A stretch of 37,142 bases of DNA, taken from NCBI GenBank assembly GCA_011052355.1, contig DRJB01000015.1:1-37142 (forward strand). The letters run 5' to 3'. The DNA is from Candidatus Kaiserbacteria bacterium. GTDB lineage: Bacteria; Patescibacteriota; Minisyncoccia; Phycocordibacterales; Phycocordibacteraceae. Positions 1 to 9,046 of this stretch are shown one piece after another. A program made the translations under genes and the position numbers. The notes beneath the pieces were generated by a model. It worked only from the letters and a program-made list of their open reading frames with translations. It was not told where the DNA came from and did not search any database. Position 1 is the stretch's first letter. The number at the start of each line of letters is the position of its first letter.

Positions 1-138
1 CAAATAAAAGAAGACGTCGAGATTATAAAAATGGATATTGAGTTTATAAAGGGAGGAATGAAAAAGAAGGTTGATTATGATGAGTTCGTTGTGCTGGAGA
101 AAAGATTATCATTACTGGAATCAAGGGTCGCGCAATAA
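1..138 (+). CDS. 3' end of an ORF entering from the left edge (tail ...VVLEKRLSLLESRVAQ*), unknown function
   Basis: Own translation: frame 1 is open from base 1 to TAA at 136-138. No family recognised. Confidence 0.3.
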   Translation, partial: QIKEDVEIIKMDIEFIKGGMKKKVDYDEFVVLEKRLSLLESRVAQ

Positions 139-203
139 TTGGCGATATGGACATATACATTGTACATGACTCTATAAACGAAACGAGTCTATTTTCTTAA
201 ACT

Positions 204-488
204 ATGAAGCGCGCCGCCGTTTTTTATTTTGCAAATCTCGGAGCCGATGTCATCCGCTGTGTAAATGCTACAAAAAATAACAACGAGGATAGATACCGTG
301 ATTCACTTGCTCGCGCACATCGCACTCTTGAGCAGTTACGGAATACCGGTCGCCACGAAGCATATGAAGAGGGTCTTCTTATGATCCGCGGTTTGGAACT
401 CGCGCGCGCCACGCCGGAAGAACTTGCCTCTTTCCGTTCGTCATTAGATTCACTTATGTGTACCTTTTCCGCGCGTTTTGCAATGTAA
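204..488 (+). CDS. hypothetical small helical protein (94 aa)
   Basis: ORF track. No recognisable motifs. The antisense ORF 224-412 is treated as a shadow. Confidence 0.4.
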   Translation: MKRAAVFYFANLGADVIRCVNATKNNNEDRYRDSLARAHRTLEQLRNTGRHEAYEEGLLMIRGLELARATPEELASFRSSLDSLMCTFSARFAM

Positions 489-569
489 CTTACTATACTC
501 TTCCCTATTCTACAAAATTTTGAGTGTGTATATCACAAAATAAAAATGGCTCCTAACCCACGTTTCTGC

Positions 570-602
570 CCCCCACCGCGCGCCTCCGGCGCGCGGTGGG
601 GG
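570..602. repeat. GC-rich perfect hairpin (15-bp stem, loop tcc)
   Basis: Read directly: cccccaccgcgcgcc-tcc-ggcgcgcggtggggg. No T-run follows, so it is not a canonical intrinsic terminator. Confidence 0.6.
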
Positions 603-775
603 TAGAGCGATTAGATTGACCAAAACTGTTTACAAAAATTTTTTTTCTGTTAAAGTTAGGCACAGGTAAGGAAGCGATGGGCTAACCCTTATGTATGCAC
701 ATAATTTGTATGCTTGTACACACAGACACGCACTGCGCATAAGTACCCATCGTAAAAATACTTTACAAAATTCAC

Positions 776-1915
776 ATGCAAAAAGAACAAAGCACCGACA
801 CGTTCGTGTCAGATACAAAAACATCGCAAGGTTTATCACAATGGATTGACATAGAAACTCTTTCCACACCTCCCAAAAGAGATGATTTAATGGAGGGTAC
901 GATTGTTGCCATGGGACGCGGACAATTATATGTTGACCTGCCCCCTTTCGGTACCGGAATTATTTATGGTCGCGAATATCTCAACGCAGCTGATGTGTTG
1001 CGAAAAGCAAATATAGGCGACACCATTACCGCAAAAGTCGTGGACCCGTCAGGTATGGACGGCTATATTGAGTTGTCACTCAAAGAAGCGCGCCAAGCGG
1101 CAATTTGGAGCGAGGCGGAACAAGCCATTGTTTCCGAGACAACCTATATGTTGGAAATTGAAGGAGCAAACAGAGGTGGGCTCACCATGACATGGCAAGG
1201 TATGTCCGGATTTTTGCCTGCGAGCCATCTTTCAGGAGACCATTATCCGAAAATAGTTGATGGCGACAAAGAAAAAGTTCTTTCCGAATTGCAAAAATTA
1301 ATCGGAAAGGAATTATCGGTGCGCATCATCACTGCGGATGCAAAAGAAAAAAAGCTTATCTTTTCTGAAAAGACGAGCGCCCAGGATGAAGAGAAAATTT
1401 CTTTCGCGGATACGTATCATGTGGGAGATGTTCTTGAGGGAGAAGTAACGAGCATCGTTGATTTCGGCGTCTTTGTAAAACTCAATTCCGGGCTTGAAGG
1501 ACTTGTCCACATAAGTGAATTGGATTGGGGCTTAGTTGAGGATCCACACACACTATTTAAGGTCGGAGATCCGACACAAGTTAAAATTATTGAGATAAAA
1601 GATGGAAAAATCTCGCTTTCAATTAAGGCACTGAAAGAAAACCCATGGCACAATGCGGCAAAGAAATATAAAAAAGGCATGGAAGTTTCCGGAGTGATTA
1701 TCAGATACAACAAACACGGAGCGCTTGCTTCAATTGAAGAAGGTGTCGCCGGCTTGGTGCACATCAGTGAATTTGAAAACTCCCAAGAGCTTCGTGAGAC
1801 ACTTGAATTGGGCAATACCTATTCATTTAAGATTATGTTGTTTGAACCAAAAGACCAACGCATGACACTCTCACCGGCAAACAGTAAAAGAAATTTGAAA
1901 AAGAGAGGACTCTAA
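776..1915 (+). CDS. S1 RNA-binding domain protein (ribosomal protein S1-like, about 4 S1 repeats)
   Basis: Repeated S1/OB signatures, e.g. GDVLEGEVTSIVDFGVFVKLNSGLEGLVHISEL and MEVSGVIIRYNKHGALASIEEGVAGLVHISEF. Confidence 0.85.
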   Translation: MQKEQSTDTFVSDTKTSQGLSQWIDIETLSTPPKRDDLMEGTIVAMGRGQLYVDLPPFGTGIIYGREYLNAADVLRKANIGDTITAKVVDPSGMDGYIELSLKEARQAAIWSEAEQAIVSETTYMLEIEGANRGGLTMTWQGMSGFLPASHLSGDHYPKIVDGDKEKVLSELQKLIGKELSVRIITADAKEKKLIFSEKTSAQDEEKISFADTYHVGDVLEGEVTSIVDFGVFVKLNSGLEGLVHISELDWGLVEDPHTLFKVGDPTQVKIIEIKDGKISLSIKALKENPWHNAAKKYKKGMEVSGVIIRYNKHGALASIEEGVAGLVHISEFENSQELRETLELGNTYSFKIMLFEPKDQRMTLSPANSKRNLKKRGL

Positions 1916-1933
1916 TGGAAAGGGTGTAAGACT

Positions 1934-1979
1934 ATAAACCACCAATCGGCTACCTGCAGGTAGCCGATTGGTGGTTTAT
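1934..1979 (+). terminator. intrinsic terminator after the S1 gene
   Basis: ataaaccaccaatcggctacc-tgc-aggtagccgattggtggtttat, followed by the T-rich tract ttcattttctc. Confidence 0.6.
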
Positions 1980-1998
1980 TTCATTTTCTCTTCCGATA

Positions 1999-2595
1999 TT
2001 ATTTTGAATTTGCAAACTGCATCGCTTTTTCAATTCCGTCAGATACAAAGAGAGAGAGTACCTTGCGGGCGCGCGTACGCGCGCCCGCAAGGTACTCTCT
2101 CTCTTTGGGCGAAAATTTTCCAAGCACATGGGAAATCACTTTCTCATTACCTTTGGGTTTTCGTAACTTCCCCTTTGGCGTTATGGAAGAAATACCGATT
2201 TTTATTTGCGCGAAATCTTTCGTTTTTAACGCACCCATTATGCTCTCAACTCCCTTATGCCCGCCCGAACCGCGCCCAAAAGACATTTTGATAGCGCCAA
2301 CAGGCAAATCAAGGTCATCTCGCACCACGACCGTTTTTCGCGCAGCATTTTTAGAACGCACAAATTGCATAACAGACTTCCCCGAGTTATTCATCATGGT
2401 GTCCGGCAGAACTATTTTTACCGGCACGTTTTGCAACGTGCCGGCTGAAATTTGCGCATTAGATTTTTTTTGATAAACAAAATCCGTACATTTTTCTTGC
2501 ACCGCAAACTCTTTCGCCACTTCCCTTCCCACGTTATGGCGCGAATTCTCGTACTGATGTCCGGGATTCCCAAGGCCAACAATAAAAGTTGTCAT
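1999..2595 (-). CDS. pth: peptidyl-tRNA hydrolase
   Basis: FIVGLGNPGHQYENSRHNVG near the N-terminus, plus VLGKF...DGIEKAMQFAN at the C-terminus. Start moved to MTTF (ATG complement at 2593-2595), 13 codons inside the track ORF. Confidence 0.9.
   Translation of the reverse strand: MTTFIVGLGNPGHQYENSRHNVGREVAKEFAVQEKCTDFVYQKKSNAQISAGTLQNVPVKIVLPDTMMNNSGKSVMQFVRSKNAARKTVVVRDDLDLPVGAIKMSFGRGSGGHKGVESIMGALKTKDFAQIKIGISSITPKGKLRKPKGNEKVISHVLGKFSPKEREYLAGARTRARKVLSLFVSDGIEKAMQFANSK
2047..2106. repeat. perfect 60-bp palindrome lying inside the pth coding region
   Basis: aaagagagagagtaccttgcgggcgcgcgta|cgcgcgcccgcaaggtactctctctcttt. The arms are exact reverse complements. Confidence 0.9.
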
Positions 2596-2730
2596 ATGGC
2601 AACAAGTGTACCATTCCCAACCGCACATCACCACACATCACCACATAACAAAACCGTAAACAAGTATTTCGCATGAAGAAATGATCTCAAAAGTTTGACG
2701 TATAAAAAAGTGAGCATACAATAAGAATAC

Positions 2731-3318
2731 ATGGAAAAAAAAGGGAGCCTTGTGCGCGATATAATCACTCTTATTTTGCTCGTTGTGCTCGTAGTTGCTC
2801 CAATACGAATCTTCATAGCACAACCGTTTATCGTTGACGGCGAATCAATGTACCCGACATTTCAAAATGGCAATTATCTCATCGTAGATGAAATCTCCTA
2901 TCGCTTTGAAAAGCCCGCACGCGGAGATGTTATCGTATTTCGTTACCCAGGCAACCCATCAATCTTCTATATCAAAAGAATTGTCGGGCTCCCGGGCGAA
3001 ACCGTCACAATCAAAAACGGAAACATAACCATAACGGAACCAAACGGAGCATCGCGCACGCTCAATGAGCCATTCATCTCCGCCAAAGACAAATCCTATA
3101 ACATGACTGACAAGCTGACTGATACCCAATACTTCGTCATGGGAGATAATCGTCCGCGTAGTTCCGACTCACGTGTGTGGGGACCGCTCCCGGTGCACAA
3201 CATCATCGGGCGCGTACTGTTTCGTCTGGCACCGTTTAATGAGGTGAGTACCTTCCCCGGTGCGCACCATTTCAAACAAATCGTATCCACAAGCACTTCA
3301 TCAGGCGCATCATCATGA
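2731..3318 (+). CDS. lepB: signal peptidase I
   Basis: N-terminal TM segment, GESMYPTF (catalytic Ser box), YIKRIVGLPGE (Lys box) and GDNRPRSSDSRVWG. Confidence 0.9.
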   Translation: MEKKGSLVRDIITLILLVVLVVAPIRIFIAQPFIVDGESMYPTFQNGNYLIVDEISYRFEKPARGDVIVFRYPGNPSIFYIKRIVGLPGETVTIKNGNITITEPNGASRTLNEPFISAKDKSYNMTDKLTDTQYFVMGDNRPRSSDSRVWGPLPVHNIIGRVLFRLAPFNEVSTFPGAHHFKQIVSTSTSSGASS

Positions 3319-4469
3319 ACAAGAGAACAGAATACCATCCAAAAGATATTTTGCGCCACGTACAACATGTCGCTGATTATTACGGGTTCCTTCCGTTCTC
3401 ATCACTTACCCAAGCCAAGCAAGGCACACACATAAAACACGAACCATACCAAAACGTGTTTGCAAAAGAAAAATTGGATCCGATGGCGCAACTTACCGTT
3501 GCGTTTCTTAAACGAGTACGTAGCGCCGGATTAAAACCGTCAATTCAGCAACCATTGTTTGTGTGGCACACAAATATCACTCCGGGACGTACCGCGCCTA
3601 AACAATCTTTCATACAATTCCACGCTATCGGAGTTCCGCATGTTATCGCTGAGGCGGTGCTTCTGCATGCCACCAACACACTCATACGTAATGTGTATAA
3701 ATCAGAACCAACCATACGCCTTAACAGTATCGGCGATAAAGAAACTCGTGTACGTTTTACAAAAGAACTTGAACAGTATTTTCAAAAAAATGATGGCGAT
3801 GAAATACCGCAAGAGTGTATGTTGCAAGCCAAGCATGGTGTATTTTCAGGTGCGGAAGCGCTTGTCGCGCGCCACTGTGCAGATACGATGCCACAATCCA
3901 TTAATGTGCTGTCAGAGGCAAGCAGGAGGCATCTTGAAAATCTTATTGAATTGTTGGAAGAAACAAAACTTTCATATACGCTCGCTTCGGATCTTATCAC
4001 TCACGAGAACGCATGGTCTGAAACCTGTTTTGAGATACAGGTAGATGATGAGCGCGCCGCATGGGGGTCGCGATACGAACATATCACCAAATCATTCTTT
4101 GATATCGCTCTGCCAAGCGTAGTGATGATTGTGCGCTTGTATGTAAAACCGGTTCTTGTGGTGGCAAAACAAAAACGTAAATCACCGATTTTTATATTTA
4201 TTCATATCGGCATTGAAGCAAAACGTATCAGCATTATGTTTGCACAAGAATTTCAAAAAGCACACCTCCCTCTTTTGCAAATGATCGGCGTTGAGTCTTT
4301 AACAGAACAAATTCGTATCGCCGAAACACTTCACCCGCAATATCTTCTTATTATGGGTCGCAAAGAGGCACTTGAAGAAACGGTTATCTTGCGACACTGT
4401 TCTTCCTACACGGAAACCATTCTTCCACTTGATACACTTGTCCAAACAATAAAAGAAATGGTGCAATAG
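3315..4469 (+). CDS. HisRS-like class II aaRS paralogue with degenerate catalytic motifs and an HGTP-type anticodon-binding-like C-terminus
   Basis: YYGFLPF, a FIQFHAIGV-type motif-2 remnant, WGSRYEHI in place of GGGRYD, and a C-terminal alpha/beta segment IFIFIHIG...YLLIMGRKEALEETVILR. ATGA overlap with lepB. Confidence 0.5.
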   Translation: MNKRTEYHPKDILRHVQHVADYYGFLPFSSLTQAKQGTHIKHEPYQNVFAKEKLDPMAQLTVAFLKRVRSAGLKPSIQQPLFVWHTNITPGRTAPKQSFIQFHAIGVPHVIAEAVLLHATNTLIRNVYKSEPTIRLNSIGDKETRVRFTKELEQYFQKNDGDEIPQECMLQAKHGVFSGAEALVARHCADTMPQSINVLSEASRRHLENLIELLEETKLSYTLASDLITHENAWSETCFEIQVDDERAAWGSRYEHITKSFFDIALPSVVMIVRLYVKPVLVVAKQKRKSPIFIFIHIGIEAKRISIMFAQEFQKAHLPLLQMIGVESLTEQIRIAETLHPQYLLIMGRKEALEETVILRHCSSYTETILPLDTLVQTIKEMVQ

Positions 4470-4479
4470 TCAGACTTTC

Positions 4480-4616
4480 ATGAGGGGTTTCGTAAACCCC
4501 TCATCGGAAACCATTCTTCCACTTGATACACTTGTTTTATGAGGGGTTTCGTAAACCCCTCATAAAAACCCCTCATAGTAACGATGTAACAATGAGGGGT
4601 TTCGTAAACCCCTCAT
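4480..4616. repeat. three identical copies of the 25-nt palindrome ATGAGGGGTTTCGTAAACCCCTCAT (4480-4504, 4539-4563, 4592-4616) plus a half copy (about 4566-4576)
   Basis: Read directly. The spacers are 34 and 28 nt. The first spacer (4505-4535) duplicates CDS bases 4411-4441. Confidence 0.9.
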
Positions 4617-4760
4617 TGAGAATATAAATGCCAGCACTGTTGTTTGTGGGTATGTGGGCTTGATATCATTTTAGATGAGGTGATGCGAGTGCGCCATAGG
4701 TGGTGGACTCGTACAAGTGCTTGCCATATGCACTGAAAATATGTTATCCTCTGTGTACAC

Positions 4761-5021
4761 ATGAAAAGAGCCATACTGGTAGATATACAACGAAGCAAAA
4801 ATGAAAATCAGAAAGCGACTCTGCGTCGCTTCTCTCGCCAATCAAAAGAACTGCAATTGGTGCGAAAAATACGTTCGCATAGATATCATATTCGCTCAAA
4901 ATCAAAAAATGTTGAACGCACACATACATTGTCATCACTTGCGCGACGTAAACAATTTAATACATTGGTTAAGTTGGGAAAGATAGATTTATCTGACACC
5001 ACACGTCGCCACAAGAAATAA
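4761..5021 (+). CDS. rpsU: 30S ribosomal protein S21 (probable)
   Basis: Small basic protein with TLRRFSRQSKE, similar to ALRRFKRSCEK of E. coli S21. Sits directly upstream of ybeY. Confidence 0.6.
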   Translation: MKRAILVDIQRSKNENQKATLRRFSRQSKELQLVRKIRSHRYHIRSKSKNVERTHTLSSLARRKQFNTLVKLGKIDLSDTTRRHKK

Positions 5022-5026
5022 TTTCT

Positions 5027-5434
5027 ATGAAAATAGTGGCGGTACGCAATCTCACCCGCCAGCGTGTTTCGTGCGTGTCATTTGAACAGATAGCCAAAAT
5101 AATAGCTCCGGGATGGGAAATCTCTCTTGTGTTTATCGGTGCAACACGCGCACGCAACATCAACATATCCACGCGAGGCAAAAATTACATACCCAATGTT
5201 CTCTCTTACACTGTCAGAAAAAACACGGGAGAGATACTCATTTGCCCCACACAAGCGAAAAAAGAGGCAAAAAAATTCGCACAAACACATGGCTCATTTA
5301 TACTGTTTTTATTTATCCACGCATTACTCCATTTGAAAGGATACCGACATGGCATTACAATGGAACAATATGAGCACACATTACTCTCTCGCTTCACAAA
5401 ACAGAATAAACGAGCTCATCAATCAATGATATGA
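5027..5434 (+). CDS. ybeY: rRNA maturation endoribonuclease YbeY
   Basis: Metal-binding motif HALLHLKGYRHG (H-x3-H-x5-H), and size about 135 aa. Confidence 0.85.
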   Translation: MKIVAVRNLTRQRVSCVSFEQIAKIIAPGWEISLVFIGATRARNINISTRGKNYIPNVLSYTVRKNTGEILICPTQAKKEAKKFAQTHGSFILFLFIHALLHLKGYRHGITMEQYEHTLLSRFTKQNKRAHQSMI

Positions 5435-6606
5435 AGCGACGCATTGCCACCGGAATAGATATCGGTACCTATTATGTAAAAATAGTGGTGGTTGAAGAAG
5501 TGAAGGAGAAAGGTAGTCGCTCATTGCGCGTCATAGGAACCGGCAGTGCCCCAACGCAAGGCATGCATCGTGGATATATCGTCAATAAAAAAGAGGTGGC
5601 TGAAAGTCTGCGGGTTGCAAAGCACGCCGCCGAATCAATTTCAGGCATCACCATATCAAGCGCCTTCCTTTCCATAGGAAGTGTTTCTATGAAAGAAGTG
5701 CGGGTAACCGGGGAAGCGATTATTTCGCGCGCCGATCAAGAAATAACGGAAAATGATATGAACATCGCTCTGGGGAAAGCATACGAAGCTACCGGTGATA
5801 CGCTGTCTAACTATAAGATATTGCATGAGATACCGATTGAGTACCATGTAGACAGCATGCGTGTATATAACAGACCCATTGGCATGAAAGGAACTCGCCT
5901 TGAGATAACCTATCTTTTCGTTACTTGTTTGCAATCACATGTGGACGCGCTCATACAGGTCGCTGAAAGTGCGGATATAGAAATAACCGACTATACCGCC
6001 TCCGCAATCGCACAAAGTAATGTAGTGCTCACTCGTGACCAAAAAATGAAAGGGTGTGTGCTCACCGACATAGGCGCTGAAACAGTATCGCTTGTGGTGT
6101 ACGACGAGGGTATCCCCATTTCCGTGGCAGTGCTTGAGGGAGGCAGTAGCGCCATCACTGATGATCTGGCGCTTGCGTTTAAAATATCCATAGAAGATGC
6201 GGAACGAATAAAACGCGGGCGCCTCGGTGGTGCCATGTACTCGGGAAAAAAAATGGACGCGATCATCACTCGCCGAACGAACGCATTATTCAGCTTAGTC
6301 GCAAAGCATCTCAAATCAATACGACTTCGCGGATTGCTTCCGGCGGGCGCCATCATCACCGGAGGTGGTGCGAGCAATACCGGTATTGTGGAAACAGCAA
6401 AACGAATACTCTCACTTCCCGCAAGAGTAACCGATGTGTATATCATGGGAGATACCTCAAACGCAAAATTTCGTGACAGCACATGGGCGGTTGCATATGG
6501 CACTGCGTTCTGGGGACTTACCGGTGACACGGAAACAAGCGGGCGAAATGTTTTCGCGAAGATACGTACTTCCGCGCAGAGATTTTTTCATAATTTTCTG
6601 CCATAA
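5431..6606 (+). CDS. ftsA: cell division protein FtsA
   Basis: Actin-fold phosphate-1 motif GIDIGTYYVKIVV, later DIGAETVSLVVY and ITGGGASNTGI. Located upstream of ftsZ. Confidence 0.9.
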   Translation: MKRRIATGIDIGTYYVKIVVVEEVKEKGSRSLRVIGTGSAPTQGMHRGYIVNKKEVAESLRVAKHAAESISGITISSAFLSIGSVSMKEVRVTGEAIISRADQEITENDMNIALGKAYEATGDTLSNYKILHEIPIEYHVDSMRVYNRPIGMKGTRLEITYLFVTCLQSHVDALIQVAESADIEITDYTASAIAQSNVVLTRDQKMKGCVLTDIGAETVSLVVYDEGIPISVAVLEGGSSAITDDLALAFKISIEDAERIKRGRLGGAMYSGKKMDAIITRRTNALFSLVAKHLKSIRLRGLLPAGAIITGGGASNTGIVETAKRILSLPARVTDVYIMGDTSNAKFRDSTWAVAYGTAFWGLTGDTETSGRNVFAKIRTSAQRFFHNFLP

Positions 6607-6693
6607 TTTATGAAATGATTACAAAGTATGTCAATATTTGCATTATAATTAATTCTGGTATGATATAGAGGTATACCAAAAATATATAAAAAT

Positions 6694-7947
6694 ATGTCTA
6701 AACGTATAACATCCGAAATTGAAACATTTGCACGCATAAGAGTTGTTGGCATAGGTGGCTCAGGCGTTAATGCTATAAACCATATGGTAAACTCAAAAGT
6801 GAAAGGTGTTGAGTTTATTGCCATTAATTCTGATGCGCAAGATTTACATGGCTCTATGGCAAAGCGAAAAATCCATATTGGCAAAAATCTTACACGAGGT
6901 CTTGGCACCGGTATGAACCCCGACCTTGGGAGGCGCGCCGCTGAAGAAACAAGACAAGAGATACAAGAGGCACTTCAGGGTTCCGATATGGTCTTTGTTA
7001 CCTGTGGCATGGGTGGCGGTACCGGTACGGGAGCCGCACCGATCATTGCAAAAATTGCAAAAGAACTCGGCGCGCTCACTATTGCAGTGGTAACCAGACC
7101 GTTTTCATTTGAAGGCGCCCAACGTTCGCGCCTTGCAGACGAAGGGCTCATGGATCTTAAAAAAGAAGTTGATGCATTTATAGTTATTCCAAATGACAAA
7201 ATTTTAAGTATCGTTGACCAACAAACAAGCGCAAAAAGCGCATTCGCCATGTGCGATGAAGTATTGCGCCAAGCGGTTGAGGGTGTGTCCGATATTATCA
7301 CTACCCCGGGTGATATTAATACCGATTTTAATGATATACGAACCGTCATGGAAAATGCGGGACCTGCATTGATGGGTATTGGTATCGCCGAAAATGACGG
7401 ACGCGCCACGGAAGCGGCAACACGCGCGGTTAATTCCCCACTATTGAGTGTTTCCATAAATGGTGCAAAGGGTATCTTGTTTGTAGTCGCAGGCTCGGAT
7501 GACCTTGGTATTCTTGAAATACAAGAAGCGGCAAAAGTGATAAACGAATCAACCGACAAGGATGCAAAAATTATTTTCGGTATGATGCGAGATGAGAAAA
7601 TGAAAAAGGGACAAATTCGCATTATTGTCATTGCAACCGGTTTTCCTGAAGGAGCGCTTGGGCTTGATGGTGTGGCAAATACCGGGCGTTCACTGTTCTC
7701 TCTCCCTCAAGAAAAACAACAAGAGGAACGTAAGAAAATCTACAATGATGTTCTCAAACACGAAAAAGAAGAAGTCTCTGATACCAAGCCAAAAAAAGAA
7801 GAAAAAGCGGAGCCGGTAGTAACCATAATCCCCAAAAAAACTGAAAAAAACTCTGCAATACCGGAACCGAAGATGAAGACCGCAACAGAAGAGGACGAGG
7901 AAGTATGGGGAGCAATTCCACAATTTTTAAGGAGACATAAAAAATAA
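6694..7947 (+). CDS. ftsZ: cell division GTPase FtsZ
   Basis: GIGGSGVNAINHM, tubulin signature GGGTGTGAAP, RPFSFEG, a K/E-rich linker and the C-terminal peptide IPQFLRR. Confidence 0.97.
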   Translation: MSKRITSEIETFARIRVVGIGGSGVNAINHMVNSKVKGVEFIAINSDAQDLHGSMAKRKIHIGKNLTRGLGTGMNPDLGRRAAEETRQEIQEALQGSDMVFVTCGMGGGTGTGAAPIIAKIAKELGALTIAVVTRPFSFEGAQRSRLADEGLMDLKKEVDAFIVIPNDKILSIVDQQTSAKSAFAMCDEVLRQAVEGVSDIITTPGDINTDFNDIRTVMENAGPALMGIGIAENDGRATEAATRAVNSPLLSVSINGAKGILFVVAGSDDLGILEIQEAAKVINESTDKDAKIIFGMMRDEKMKKGQIRIIVIATGFPEGALGLDGVANTGRSLFSLPQEKQQEERKKIYNDVLKHEKEEVSDTKPKKEEKAEPVVTIIPKKTEKNSAIPEPKMKTATEEDEEVWGAIPQFLRRHKK

Positions 7948-7964
7948 TACGTTCTGTTTTCATA

Positions 7965-8016
7965 TTTCAAAAGAACCGGGGATTTCCATAAATGGAAATC
8001 CCCGGTTCTTTTGAAA
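7965..8016 (+). terminator. intrinsic terminator after ftsZ
   Basis: tttcaaaagaaccggggatttccat-aa-atggaaatccccggttcttttgaaa. GC core stem followed by a T-run. Confidence 0.7.
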
Positions 8017-8086
8017 TACCTTGTGTATCTTCACACCATACGCTAAAATAATAATATTACTATCTTTAATTCAAGACTCATGTACT

Positions 8087-9046
8087 ATGGAAAATGATAC
8101 ACGCAACAACTCATACGATCTCATTATCATCGGTGGCGGACCCGCCGGGTTTAGCGCAGGGATTTATGCGGCGCGTAAAAAACTCAAGACCGTCATACTC
8201 GCCCAAGAAATAGGCGGGCAAAGTGTCGTATCGGAAGGTATAGAAAATTGGATTGGCACTGTAAAAATCTCAGGTGAGGATTTGAAGAAAGCACTAAATG
8301 CTCACATGGAGGCATATAAAAATGATGCAATAGATCTTCACGAGGGAGAGAAAGTAACTCTGCTTGAACGCAACGGCGCTATGTTCCGGGCAACAACCGC
8401 GTCGGGAAATACATATAGCGCACGCGCGGTACTCATTGCCTCCGGTTCATCACGCCGAAAGCTTGACGTTCCCGGCGCACAAAAATTTGAACACAAAGGC
8501 GTTACCTATTGTGCCTCGTGTGACGGACCTCTGTTTTCCGGTATGGACGTGGCGATTGTCGGCGGAGGAAATGCGGGATTTGAAACCGCCGCACAACTTC
8601 TCGCCTATGTAAAATCTGTCACGCTCATTCACCGACGCAAAGAATTCAAAGCGGACCCGGTTACGGTTGAACACATACTCAAACACCCAAACATGCGCAC
8701 GGTTACCAATGTTGAACCAATCTCAATACAGGGAGATACTTTTGTAAAAAGCATCACCGTGCGCGATCGCGATTCCGCAGATACGCAAGAAATCGCAGTG
8801 TCGGGCGTATTCGTGGAAATAGGAACAATTCCAAATACCGATTTTGTAAGCAAGCTCGTCAATCTAAATACGTTTAACAGCATCATTGTTGAACCAAAGA
8901 CTCAACGTACGTCAGTTGAAGGTGTGTGGGCGGCGGGCGACTGCACCGATGAACTGTATCACCAAAACAATATTGCCGTAGGCGATGCTGTAAAAGCGCT
9001 TGAAAACTTATATCACTGGATTGCCACGCACGCAACAACATCATGA
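8087..9046 (+). CDS. trxB: thioredoxin-disulfide reductase
   Basis: YDLIIIGGGPAGFSAG (FAD), redox CASCDG, GGGNAGFETA (NADPH) and GVWAAGDC. Start placed at MENDT (ATG 8087), not the upstream TTG of the track ORF. Confidence 0.9.
   Translation: MENDTRNNSYDLIIIGGGPAGFSAGIYAARKKLKTVILAQEIGGQSVVSEGIENWIGTVKISGEDLKKALNAHMEAYKNDAIDLHEGEKVTLLERNGAMFRATTASGNTYSARAVLIASGSSRRKLDVPGAQKFEHKGVTYCASCDGPLFSGMDVAIVGGGNAGFETAAQLLAYVKSVTLIHRRKEFKADPVTVEHILKHPNMRTVTNVEPISIQGDTFVKSITVRDRDSADTQEIAVSGVFVEIGTIPNTDFVSKLVNLNTFNSIIVEPKTQRTSVEGVWAAGDCTDELYHQNNIAVGDAVKALENLYHWIATHATTS

Noticed and set aside
4480-4616. CRISPR-like periodicity: a 25-nt repeat with 34- and 28-nt spacers
   Set aside because: There are only three full repeats. 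The repeat is a perfect palindrome. The first spacer is a duplicate of the adjacent gene's own 3' end. No cas genes or leader are present in the window. It is better explained as tandem duplication of a hairpin unit.
6975-7631. 218-aa antisense ORF inside ftsZ, and similar long antisense ORFs (5991-6530 in ftsA, 25847-26578 and 26850-27368 in the ATPase, 23424-24038, 35218-35745)
   Set aside because: These are shadow ORFs opposite strongly supported conserved genes. None shows independent motifs.
8021-8086. Upstream TTG start extending trxB by 22 residues
   Set aside because: The extension overlaps the ftsZ terminator tail and is not part of the Rossmann fold. ATG 8087 sits just before the GGGPAG FAD motif, at the usual distance.
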